Part shown: piece by piece, positions 20,041 through 28,880 of the stretch | Numbering within the stretch: position 1 is the stretch's first letter | Layout: each line of letters starts with the position of its first letter | Assembly: GCA_965238175.1 (NCBI GenBank) | Contig: CBDEGZ010000003.1 | Span: 768,001-832,000, forward strand | Reading direction: 5' to 3' | Source of the DNA: Gammaproteobacteria bacterium | Lineage (GTDB): Bacteria; Pseudomonadota; Gammaproteobacteria; CAJXQU01 | Length of the DNA: 64,000 nt | Position numbers and translations under genes: made by a program | Notes under the pieces: model-generated | The model's input: the letters and a program-made list of their open reading frames with translations, nothing else | Databases searched by the model: none | Told to the model about the DNA's origin: nothing

Positions 20041-21555
20041 TTATTTTAAGAATAACGAATACGCCGGATTTTCTGTTTCTTCCCAATATGGTAACTCCAG
20101 TTTCACCAGTAATTTCCGGAACTGATCTCTTTCTGGTTCAGGAACCTGGATACCCATTAATACACGACCATATGCCGCGCCATGATTACGGTAATGAAAT
20201 AAGCTGATATTCCAATCTTGTCCGATACGATTCAAAAAATGTAGTAATGCACCGGGACGTTCTGGGAATTCAAAACGCACCAATATTTCATTTTCAATTT
20301 TTGCACCATGCCCTCCAACCATATATCGAATGTGCATTTTGGCCATTTCGTTATCTGAAAGATCTACGACTGGATAACCTTTTTCTCCTAACTGCGCCAA
20401 TAGAGATTCTTTCTCTTCCAGGCCATTTCGGATCTGTATTCCTGCAAAAATGTGGGCTTGTTGATCATCAGCAAAACGGTAATTAAATTCCGTAATTGAT
20501 CGCAGTCCAATCGTGTGGCAAAAATCGTGAAAGCTTCCGGGTTTTTCTGGAATAGTTACTCCTACTAGAACCTCTCTTTGCTCTCCTAATTCGGCGAGTT
20601 CGGCGACATGACGCAAACGATCAAAGTTAATATTTGCGCCACTAAAAATGGCGACTAACTCTTTATCTTTGATATTTTCTCTAGCGACATATTGCTTTAA
20701 TCCTGCCAGCCCAAGCGCGCCTGCCGGTTCAGGGATTGATCTCGTATCTTCAAAAATATCTTTAACCGCTGCGCAGATCTCATCATTCGTCACCAATATG
20801 ACTTCATCAACATATTTTTGTGCAACCCGAAATGTTTCCGAACCAACCAGGCGAACCGCTGCGCCATCCGCGAATATTCCAATCTTATCGAGTAGAACAG
20901 GCTTACCTGCTTTTAGTGATCGTTCTAATGACGGAGCTTCATCAGATTCGACACCAATGATTTTGATCGCTGGATTAACCGATTTTACGTATGCACAAAT
21001 ACCGGCGATCAATCCTCCACCACCAACAGGTACAAAAAGGATATCGGGATTGTTCGGATGTTGATCAAGAATTTCTTTTGCGACTGTGCCTTGCCCTGCA
21101 ATCACCAGAGGGTGATCAAAAGGAGGGATGTACGCCAACCCTTTTTCATCAGATAACTTATGCGCATGATCACTGGCTTCATCGTAAGTATTACCATGCA
21201 GAACTATCTCACCACCGAGATGGCGTACCGAATTTATTTTGATCTCCGGTGTTGTTTTCGGCATGACAATGACAGCCGTGATGCCAAGCTTTTGAGCAGA
21301 CAGAGCTACACCTTGAGCATGGTTTCCTGCAGAGGCGGTAATAATCCCCTGTTGCTTTTCTTCCGCGCTGAGAGAAGAAATCAGATTATACGCTCCACGT
21401 AATTTGTAAGAAAAAACGGGTTGTAGATCCTCTCTTTTTAACCAAACTTTGTTACCTACTTTTTGTGTCAACGCGGGTGCAAAATCTAGCGGTGTTTTTT
21501 TTGCCACATCGTAGACTTTTGCTTGGTTGATCATTTCCAAATATTTCTTGAGCAT
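20041..21555 (-). CDS. ilvA: Biosynthetic threonine dehydratase
   Basis: KREDLQPVFSYKLRGA, ASAGNHAQG, GGGG, two ACT-like domains (LFHYRNHGA). Confidence 0.98.
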   Translation of the reverse strand: MLKKYLEMINQAKVYDVAKKTPLDFAPALTQKVGNKVWLKREDLQPVFSYKLRGAYNLISSLSAEEKQQGIITASAGNHAQGVALSAQKLGITAVIVMPKTTPEIKINSVRHLGGEIVLHGNTYDEASDHAHKLSDEKGLAYIPPFDHPLVIAGQGTVAKEILDQHPNNPDILFVPVGGGGLIAGICAYVKSVNPAIKIIGVESDEAPSLERSLKAGKPVLLDKIGIFADGAAVRLVGSETFRVAQKYVDEVILVTNDEICAAVKDIFEDTRSIPEPAGALGLAGLKQYVARENIKDKELVAIFSGANINFDRLRHVAELAELGEQREVLVGVTIPEKPGSFHDFCHTIGLRSITEFNYRFADDQQAHIFAGIQIRNGLEEKESLLAQLGEKGYPVVDLSDNEMAKMHIRYMVGGHGAKIENEILVRFEFPERPGALLHFLNRIGQDWNISLFHYRNHGAAYGRVLMGIQVPEPERDQFRKLLVKLELPYWEETENPAYSLFLK

Positions 21556-21629
21556 GTCTTATGTATTGTCTGTACTTATTCAGCGTACAATAATAACATT
21601 ATTATCAAGGTCAGCTTAGAGAGATTACG

Positions 21630-22283
21630 ATGGATCAAGATGCAAAGAAAAAAGCAGTCGCAAGAGCCGCGATGGATTATGTTGTTGAAGATGCGTATAT
21701 AGGTGTCGGCACTGGTAGTACTGCAAATTTCTTCATTGAAATGCTGGCGGAAAAAAAAGGCCGTATCGAAGGTGCAGTTGCAAGTTCGGATGAAACCGAG
21801 AAACGTCTTAAGGAGCATGGCATCCCTGTCGTACCACTCAATAGCGTTAATGATTTACCTGTTTATGTGGATGGAGCAGATGAATGCACCAAGTTTTTAC
21901 ACCTGACCAAAGGCGGTGGCGGTGCACTGACTCGCGAGAAAATAGTTGCCGCAGTAGCCGAAAAGTTCGTCTGTATTTTTGATGACTCGAAGCTAGTTAA
22001 AACACTAGGAACCTTTCCACTTCCGATTGAAGTAATTCCAATGGCGCGAAGTTATGTTGCACGTGAGATTATCAAAATGGGCGGTCGTCCAGAAATTCGA
22101 AATGATTTCACCACAGATAATGGCAACATTATTCTTGATATTCATAATCTGGTAATACTTAATCCGGTCGAAACTGAAGAAAAACTAAATTCGATTGTTG
22201 GCGTTGTTACCAATGGTTTATTTGCTAAAAGACCAGCGGATGTTGCTCTCGTCGCTACCAATGATGGGGTTATCGAGTTTTAG
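21630..22283 (+). CDS. rpiA: Ribose-5-phosphate isomerase A
   Basis: [23 protein letters not shown]. Confidence 0.98.
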   Translation: MDQDAKKKAVARAAMDYVVEDAYIGVGTGSTANFFIEMLAEKKGRIEGAVASSDETEKRLKEHGIPVVPLNSVNDLPVYVDGADECTKFLHLTKGGGGALTREKIVAAVAEKFVCIFDDSKLVKTLGTFPLPIEVIPMARSYVAREIIKMGGRPEIRNDFTTDNGNIILDIHNLVILNPVETEEKLNSIVGVVTNGLFAKRPADVALVATNDGVIEF

Positions 22284-22297
22284 AAAAAAATTTAGAA

Positions 22298-22518
22298 ATG
22301 GTTCGTTGGTTAATCATTCTTGGACTTAATACCCAAGTATCACGGGTATATACCAATAGTACTTGGTTTATTATGGACACTGATTAGCAAGTTAGGGTTT
22401 GGAAGGCTGCCTGGTGACATTTCACTCGAGAAAAAAATACTTGACTTACTTCCTGCTTACTTCATTAATTGTTATCTCTGTAATTGTGAGTTTGATTTTC
22501 TGGTTCTTTCGTAAATAA
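22298..22518 (+). pseudogene. DUF2905-like small membrane protein, frameshifted
   Basis: Three segments in shifted frames: MVRWLIILGL / IPIVLGLLWTLISKLGFGRLPGDISLEK / YFLLTSLIVISVIVSLIFWFFRK*; GRLPGDI signature. Confidence 0.8.
22328..22350. mobile_element. About 22-bp collapsed ERIC-like MITE footprint inside the pseudogene
   Basis: (A)ATACCC-AAGTATCAC-GGGTAT(A); removing 22 bp restores the reading frame. Confidence 0.55.
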
Positions 22519-22547
22519 TCTAGCGAAGGTAATCGATCTGAAAAAGA

Positions 22548-24737
22548 TCAATCTTCTTCTATTTTAAAGGTTTCAATCTCTTCACCTTTAAAATATATAT
22601 CCCAACATTTTTGATAAGCTTTTTCTAAATTTAATACAGTTAATTGCGAATTGAAAACAGGTTTGATCAGCATATTTCGTTGCACCTTACGTCTCAAAAT
22701 TTTTAAATATTCGGGGTGTGTTGCCAGGTAATGGGCTCTCTCACAATATTCTTCCCTTGTGCTGCATATCAAGGTAGGAAATTCTAACATTGACAATTTG
22801 CTTGCTGTCATTCGGCTTTCCATTGTTGAACCAAATATGCTCAACACCGGTAGCCCTGCTTTCAAGGCTTCGGTTGTTATCTCATTAGCATCTGATTTGA
22901 TTGTGTCCAGAAATAAATCTGCTAATTGAAAATGCGATAGTCTAAGTTCTCGATCATCAACATTTTGGGTAAACACCAATCGATCTGGACTGATTTCGAA
23001 TTTTTCGGCTTCGCGGCGAAGGTTTCGGCTAACATTTTGATCCCATTCGATCAGCCAAATAACACTGTTTTCTATTCGCTTTAGCAACTGCATCCAACAT
23101 TCAAAAATGTCTGGCGTAATTAATTCAGGTTTTACGAAACAACAATAAACCACTCCTTTTTCTGGAAGTCCCATTTTTGATCGCTCTAAGCGTCTCACAC
23201 TCACTCGGCGTTCAGTGACTGGTAACCAACGATCGACTAGATGTGTGTTCGGCAATCTAACCAATTTTTCAGTCCATAAGTGATCCGAGCCCTCTGGTGA
23301 AATCAGGTTGTGGGTTATTCTATATTGTAAAAAATTACTACCACTACTGTAAGGTGCTCCACCAAAACCGATTTGAATAGGTGCACACTGTTGCGCCAAG
23401 AGTTCGTAAGGATACTCCAGGCCTACGCCATCCAAATCGATAAGGATATGAATACAATCGTCGTGGATCTTCTGTGCAGCATCAGCCTCGGAACGCGGAT
23501 AAAGTTCTGTGAATTGGTCACAATTCTTTTTGATCTGCTGGTTAAAAGGACTATTGTCTCCGGGAACCATCGAATAACAATAGATCTCAAACTCAAAACG
23601 ATTATGTAGTGCATAAATCTCTGCGGTATTAAGAAGATCTGAATCCTGATTGAAGGATTTAGCGAGATATCCGATCCTTAACCGCCCAGGTTTAGTTAAA
23701 AAGTGATAATCAAACTTTTTATTGCTATCACTAAATTCACTTGCAATATGCTTAGCTAATTCAAGACGTAGGAGTGGATCAATATCCGCGTAACTTGCAG
23801 CTTTTAGTAGCATTGTGTTTGCATCGGATGCAGAAATTCTATCAACCTTCTTAAGGTAGCTTTGTAGTGATACTAAATATTCAGATCGATTATGCCAATC
23901 ACAAGCTTTTAAACGTTGATCGGCTAACGACAAATAGAGGTGCAGAGGATCAAACTGCATTTCACAAGGTAGACTTAGGTTTTGTTGTGCAAGTAGTTCA
24001 CCTAATTTTTCTGCATCCAACAACTCCGCTTGGGCAAAGTACTGCTCAGCTTCGTTATATTGATTTAATCCTGCCATAGCCATGGCTGAAAGAATTAGTG
24101 CAAAAAAGTTTTCAGGTTGGGAAGTAAGTACATGTTTTGTTGTAACTATCGCTTCATCAAAACGACTCAGTGCGATTAACACTGAAGCCTGAAGCAGGTG
24201 CGACCTCTTTTCAGAGGACAATTTTACCATTCGAGTCGCATCTGCTAATGCTTCTTCAGAACGGCCTAGCCTCGTATATGTAATCGATCTTTTTTCAAGA
24301 GCTTCTAACATTTCTGAGTTTTCTTCAAGGACACGATTCAACGCATCCAACGTTTCGCTATAAAAAGAACCCTGAAATAATAGACTTGCATAGTTAAGCA
24401 ATGTTTGGGAATTGTTTGGATCAATTTTCAGCGCTTGTTGGATAACATCCTGCGCTTCCTCTGTACGTCGTAAATCAACCAATGCATTTGATTTAGCATT
24501 ATGTGCTGCGATATTGTTGGGATCAAAATGAATCGTACGCTCAAAGGCCAAAATAGCAGCCTCAGCCTGATTCAAACGGTACCGGCTAACTCCTAGTGAG
24601 AACCAGGCATCTGGGTTTTCTGGTGCTTGTGCGCAGCTTTGGGAAAATATTTTTTCTGCCTGAATAAATTTATCGGCATTCATCAGTTGTTTTCCTTTAC
24701 GTAAATCTTCAGAAATGTCGATCATTAATAAGCTCAA
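22548..24737 (-). CDS. TPR-repeat protein with GT41 (O-GlcNAc transferase-like) C-terminal domain
   Basis: Several N-terminal TPRs; RLRIGY, IHDDCIHILIDLDG, APIQ, TEKLVRLP, ADLFLDT, GLPVLS. Confidence 0.85.
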   Translation of the reverse strand: MSLLMIDISEDLRKGKQLMNADKFIQAEKIFSQSCAQAPENPDAWFSLGVSRYRLNQAEAAILAFERTIHFDPNNIAAHNAKSNALVDLRRTEEAQDVIQQALKIDPNNSQTLLNYASLLFQGSFYSETLDALNRVLEENSEMLEALEKRSITYTRLGRSEEALADATRMVKLSSEKRSHLLQASVLIALSRFDEAIVTTKHVLTSQPENFFALILSAMAMAGLNQYNEAEQYFAQAELLDAEKLGELLAQQNLSLPCEMQFDPLHLYLSLADQRLKACDWHNRSEYLVSLQSYLKKVDRISASDANTMLLKAASYADIDPLLRLELAKHIASEFSDSNKKFDYHFLTKPGRLRIGYLAKSFNQDSDLLNTAEIYALHNRFEFEIYCYSMVPGDNSPFNQQIKKNCDQFTELYPRSEADAAQKIHDDCIHILIDLDGVGLEYPYELLAQQCAPIQIGFGGAPYSSGSNFLQYRITHNLISPEGSDHLWTEKLVRLPNTHLVDRWLPVTERRVSVRRLERSKMGLPEKGVVYCCFVKPELITPDIFECWMQLLKRIENSVIWLIEWDQNVSRNLRREAEKFEISPDRLVFTQNVDDRELRLSHFQLADLFLDTIKSDANEITTEALKAGLPVLSIFGSTMESRMTASKLSMLEFPTLICSTREEYCERAHYLATHPEYLKILRRKVQRNMLIKPVFNSQLTVLNLEKAYQKCWDIYFKGEEIETFKIEED

Positions 24738-24948
24738 ATATTAATATTTTCAATTAGATACAAAATATACTTGCATTACTACATTAAAAGTAGTTATTAT
24801 GTTACCTAACAGCATTCTTACAGATCGATTTATCTGTCACCAGTTAACTATGGTTACGAGCACAAGGCACAAACGGAGGGAAAATTGGAACTTTCCTTTA
24901 AGTAGTAAGGTCTTCTTGATACAGTTAATCTAAGAGAGGGGTAATTAC

Positions 24949-25095
24949 ATGTACGCACCAAAACCGGCAATCTGTGGAAATGGCCATGCAGCTATGCTTC
25001 GAATCTACGATGTTGATAAGCATTTAATGTTTAATGAGAAGAAATCAAAGCAGAAAATTTCTCGTAAGTCACGCAAGACAAAATCCAGGATCTAA
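24949..25095 (+). CDS. Putative 48-aa small basic protein (below the ORF-track cut-off)
   Basis: AAGAGAGGGG RBS about 7 nt before ATG; MYAPKPAICGNGHAAMLRIYDVDKHLMFNEKKSKQKISRKSRKTKSRI*; followed by a terminator. Confidence 0.5.
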   Translation: MYAPKPAICGNGHAAMLRIYDVDKHLMFNEKKSKQKISRKSRKTKSRI

Positions 25096-25144
25096 CATCG
25101 ATCAAAGTTTAATTTTCACTCTAACAGTTTCCTCCTTTTATATT

Positions 25145-25181
25145 TAGGATGCTTCAATCAAGAAGCGTCCTATCTCTTTTT
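25145..25181 (+). terminator. Intrinsic terminator after the small ORF
   Basis: TAGGATGCTTC-aatcaa-GAAGCGTCCTA followed by TCTCTTTTT. Confidence 0.6.
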
Positions 25182-25266
25182 ATCTATTCCTTCCGACAGA
25201 TTTACAATCAAAAATTTGAAGGATAATGTCTCTCCTAAGATTATCCAGATTGAGTGAGTATTAAGA

Positions 25267-25572
25267 ATGCATAAAATAAAACAATCATTCCTGATCAGTA
25301 GTTTATTTCTTTTCACACCATTTACATCAGCCGAAGAAACTAATCGGTCCACGGAAGCTCTCGTTTTTACCTGCTACACATGCCATGGTACGGATGGAAA
25401 AAGCCCAGGAGATATCCCAACTCTAAATGGCTTAAGCTCTGAAATTATTACCGCAAACATGCTGTCTTTTCAAAAAGATGAAAACGCATCAACGATTATG
25501 AACCGCATAGCAAAAGGTTATTCCAGAGACGAAATTACTCAGATTGCAAATTATCTGGCAACGATAAAATGA
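25267..25572 (+). CDS. fccA: Monohaem cytochrome c subunit of flavocytochrome c sulfide dehydrogenase
   Basis: Signal peptide, CYTCHGTDG, STIMNRIAKGY; coupled (ATGA-type overlap) to the flavoprotein gene. Confidence 0.85.
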   Translation: MHKIKQSFLISSLFLFTPFTSAEETNRSTEALVFTCYTCHGTDGKSPGDIPTLNGLSSEIITANMLSFQKDENASTIMNRIAKGYSRDEITQIANYLATIK

Positions 25573-26882
25573 AAAAGAATATTACTCAAATAAACAACAC
25601 ACATCGCAGGAATTTTCTTAAAGAAGTTAGTGCTGTCGGCACGCTATCAGCAGTCGGATTGCCGCTACTTTCCAGCTGTTCTAACAGCGCGAAATCGATG
25701 GCCCATGTGGTCATTGTTGGTGCTGGATTTGGTGGTGCTACCTGTGCTAAATATCTACGTAAGCTTGATCAAAATATAAAAGTCACTTTAATTGATGCTA
25801 ATGCTCACTATAAAACATGTCCCTTCAGCAACACTGTACTTGCTGGAATTCACGCTATCGATGATCTAATATTTGGTTATGACACATTACAAAATAATTA
25901 TGACATTGAGTTTGTCAACGCTATCGTTACCTCAATCGACTATGAAAAAAGTTATGTTCAATTATCCGATGGATCAAAAATAAGTTATGACAAGTTAGTC
26001 GTCTCGCCAGGGATTGCCTTTACCTGGAATAGTCCAGAAGGCTACGACGAAGCTGCCACAGAAATTATGCCTCACGCATGGAAAGCAGGCACACAAACAT
26101 TACTGCTAAGAAAACAACTCGAAGCGATGGATGATGGCGGAGTTGTTGCAATTGGGCCTCCTCCGAAACCATTCCGTTGTCCTCCTGGACCATATGAACG
26201 TGCCAGTATGATCGCAAGCTACCTAAAATCACATAAACCTAATTCTAAAATTTTGATCTTGGACGCAAACGAAAAGTTCTCAAAACAAGGGCTTTTCATG
26301 CAAGGTTGGGAAGCTCTCTACCCAGGAATGATCGAATGGGTTTCAGTAACCGAAGGTGGATCGGTACAACGCGTAGATACAAAAACGATGATGTTATATA
26401 CCGATATAGAAGAACATAAAGTCGCGGTTGCAAATGTCATCCCGGCACAAACTGCAGGTAAGCTTGTGCTAGAAAATGGGTTAACTGATGCGAGTGGTTG
26501 GTGCCCAGTTGATCAAAAAACATTTGAATCAACGTTGATCAACAATGTTCATGTCCTTGGAGATGCAGCACTTGCCGGTTCTATGCCCAAATCTGCATCA
26601 GCGGCTAACAGCCAGGCTAAGATTTGTGCACTTGCGATTACGGCGATGCTTAATGGTAATGAGCCAAGAGAGCCTTCTTTCCACAATACTTGCTATAGCC
26701 TGGTTGATGCAGATTATGGAATTTCGGTGAACGCGATTTACGGATTATCAGAAAACAAGATCACTAAGATAAAAGGTTCGGGTGGTGTAAGTCCAATGGA
26801 GGTTTCAGCTGAATTTAGAGTTAACGAAGCGAAATATGCCAGGGGTTGGTTTGATAGTATTACTTCGGATACCTTTGCTTAG
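25569..26882 (+). CDS. fccB: Flavocytochrome c sulfide dehydrogenase flavoprotein subunit
   Basis: Tat RRNFLK, GAGFGG, TCPFSN, PHAWKAG, FRCPPGPYERAS, NTCYS. Confidence 0.93.
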   Translation: MKKNITQINNTHRRNFLKEVSAVGTLSAVGLPLLSSCSNSAKSMAHVVIVGAGFGGATCAKYLRKLDQNIKVTLIDANAHYKTCPFSNTVLAGIHAIDDLIFGYDTLQNNYDIEFVNAIVTSIDYEKSYVQLSDGSKISYDKLVVSPGIAFTWNSPEGYDEAATEIMPHAWKAGTQTLLLRKQLEAMDDGGVVAIGPPPKPFRCPPGPYERASMIASYLKSHKPNSKILILDANEKFSKQGLFMQGWEALYPGMIEWVSVTEGGSVQRVDTKTMMLYTDIEEHKVAVANVIPAQTAGKLVLENGLTDASGWCPVDQKTFESTLINNVHVLGDAALAGSMPKSASAANSQAKICALAITAMLNGNEPREPSFHNTCYSLVDADYGISVNAIYGLSENKITKIKGSGGVSPMEVSAEFRVNEAKYARGWFDSITSDTFA

Positions 26883-26900
26883 TTAATCTGTCTTTTCTAA

Positions 26901-27137
26901 GACCTTATTCAGCAACCCTTTATGAAAAACTTAAGCTTCGTATGTTAGGCGAGAGGACGTCTATCGAAGTCGTAAAAAAACAGTCGTGAGTATGATGAGG
27001 CAAAAGGATAATTGAAAAACAGGTTTAAAATTAATATGTTCCTCGTTACAACATTTTTATTTTATGGTTTATTAAAAACAAAATCTGAAAGGTTCCAGTC
27101 TTCAAGCATTCCTTTGAAATCATTACTGAATAGCCCT
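26901..27137. repeat. Possible degenerate MITE with short inverted ends
   Basis: Left ..TTATTCAGCAA, right TTACTGAATAG..; AT-rich non-coding interior. Confidence 0.28.
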
Positions 27138-27228
27138 TTGCTATGTGCGTGTTGTGTAAATGTTCTACATCACCAGGGAAATTTAATTCCATAAGTTCAG
27201 GTTATCTAGCAAACTACCCAGAAGAGTT

Positions 27229-27370
27229 TTAGTTTTGGCCAAGCATTACACCATCAACACCCCAAATAACACTCGTTACCTAACTCGATTCATCGTTGAG
27301 CAAGAAGTTTATCGCGTTGGCTACATCTTTGTGATGTGCCAATCCGTCCAATTGGGTGAAATTCATCAAT
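27229..27370 (-). pseudogene. C-terminal remnant of an SDR-family oxidoreductase
   Basis: Minus strand DEFHPIGRIGTSQ /+1 shift/ DVANAINFLLNDESS*VTSVIWGVDGVMLGQN* matches the SDR tail PxGRxGxxxDVAxxxxFLxSDxASWVTGxxxxVDGG. Confidence 0.75.
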
Positions 27371-27507
27371 TGTTCGGGATGAACTTAAAAAGCTTACCGC
27401 CTTTGACTGACCTGCAGGATCAGTACTCCTAAATAAAGAATGCGGATGAACAGGTTTCTCGCAAATAGTTAGACGAGGTCGCAACGCGCTATCACTAGTT
27501 TTAGAGG

Positions 27508-28683
27508 TCAAATATAGGTCGCAACATCGATTTTGTATTTTGATGGGGCAATTGTCTGCATTACCTTTTCTTGTTTTTTTTCTAACAGGTTGAGTTCGTA
27601 TTCAGAGACATAAGAGCGTTGTTTCGCATCAAAAATAATTTTAAGGATCGGTCTTAGTAGATTTTCACATTGTTCTGTTACTAAACCAACCTTGCCTGAT
27701 TCCAGTTCTACCAGTGAGCCGACGGGATAGATGCCCAGTATCTTTATGAATTTTCTCATCAGAGCTTCATCCAGTTGACCAGGGCACCAATTGAGCATGG
27801 TCTTTAGTGCGACGGTAGGTTCCCAAGCCTCTTTATAGACGCGTACGGACGTGAGTGCATCATAGATATCGACGATAGCGGACATTTTACCAACCTCAGA
27901 GAGTTCCGAGTCTTTGAGTCCAAGCGGATAGCCTTTTCCATCGGGGCGTTCGTGGTGCATAGTAATGACATCTAACGCATTTTGCGGTAGGTCGTAGTCT
28001 TTAAGTAACTCGTTTTGCTCATCTATGGCGTGTTGACGCATGATAACAAACTCATCGTCAGTCAGTTTACCTGGTTTATTGAGAATTTTATTCGGGGTGA
28101 GCGCCTTGCCGATATCATGCAGGAGACCTCCTAATGCAATTTGATCGATATCTTCTGGACTATAATCTAACCCTTTGGCAAAGGCAGCCACTAGTGCTGA
28201 GACGCTAACACTGTGTATATAAGTATATTCATCTTTGGTTTTCAGGCGTGTAACACCCAGCAATGTATGGGTATCTTTGGACAACATGCGAGTGATGCTG
28301 GAAGCAACTTCGCGGGTGATTTCTAAGTCTATCTGTTTCCCCACTTTGGTTTCATTCATGAAGCCTACAACGACATTACTTGCATTTTTAACTAGATTTT
28401 TAGCCTCCAATACCCTTTTTTCAAGGCTAGGCTCCGGGTCAGAAATAACGGTTTGTACTACTTGCTCAGATACTGGCATTTCAGCTTCTTGTTGTATTAC
28501 ATCTTTTCCTTTCTCCGTATCGATAGAGATGAGTTTAATTTTTGCGTCAACAATTTTCTTTAATTCATTTCCATTGTTTATTAGGAACTTATTCCTCATA
28601 AACGGGTGTTCTGTCCAGCTGCAATGTAATTTATGCACGAACATTCCTATACACAGCTGAGAGGAGTTGATTTCCTTGATCAC
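27508..28683 (-). CDS. HD-GYP c-di-GMP phosphodiesterase with DUF3391-like N-terminus
   Basis: L.IGMFV...SWTEHPF; YTYIHSVSV, LLHDIGK, HHERPDGKGYP, DIYDALTS, IYPVGSLVEL. Confidence 0.93.
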   Translation of the reverse strand: MIKEINSSQLCIGMFVHKLHCSWTEHPFMRNKFLINNGNELKKIVDAKIKLISIDTEKGKDVIQQEAEMPVSEQVVQTVISDPEPSLEKRVLEAKNLVKNASNVVVGFMNETKVGKQIDLEITREVASSITRMLSKDTHTLLGVTRLKTKDEYTYIHSVSVSALVAAFAKGLDYSPEDIDQIALGGLLHDIGKALTPNKILNKPGKLTDDEFVIMRQHAIDEQNELLKDYDLPQNALDVITMHHERPDGKGYPLGLKDSELSEVGKMSAIVDIYDALTSVRVYKEAWEPTVALKTMLNWCPGQLDEALMRKFIKILGIYPVGSLVELESGKVGLVTEQCENLLRPILKIIFDAKQRSYVSEYELNLLEKKQEKVMQTIAPSKYKIDVATYI

Positions 28684-28720
28684 GTTCTTAATAATGTCCT
28701 ACTGAAGGCTTATGCCTGTT

Positions 28721-28747
28721 TTATCGTCAGAAAGTCGTAAAAGCTTA
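28721..28747 (-). promoter_or_regulatory. Sigma-28 (FliA)-like promoter of the HD-GYP gene
   Basis: Minus strand TAAG-N15-GACGATAA versus consensus TAAA-N15-GCCGATAA. Confidence 0.55.
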
Positions 28748-28782
28748 ACTGGTAAAGCAGGAGTTATAAAAAATAGGCCGTT

Positions 28783-28858
28783 TCTACATCAATGCCTGCC
28801 ACTTAACTTATTAAAAAACGAGCTTTTTATTAATACGCGATAGTTAAGGTGATGTAGA
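28783..28858. repeat. Long interrupted inverted repeat downstream of fxsA
   Basis: TCTACATCA..CTTAACT TATTAA AAAA / TTTT..TTAATA..AGTTAAG.TGATGTAGA. Confidence 0.45.
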
Positions 28859-28880
28859 GGTTGTAGGTTAACGGCAGAAA

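Noticed and set aside
24850-24900. Possible c-di-GMP-I riboswitch or CsrB-like RNA (GGTTACGAGCACAAGGCACAAACGGAGGGAAA)
   Set aside because: Lacks the GGCAAACC...GAAA...GGGACGCAAAGC core, and has too few GGA hairpins for a Csr RNA
27012-27511. ORFs 27012-27194, 27235-27432 and 27290-27511
   Set aside because: Better explained as AT-rich non-coding DNA plus a frameshifted SDR remnant
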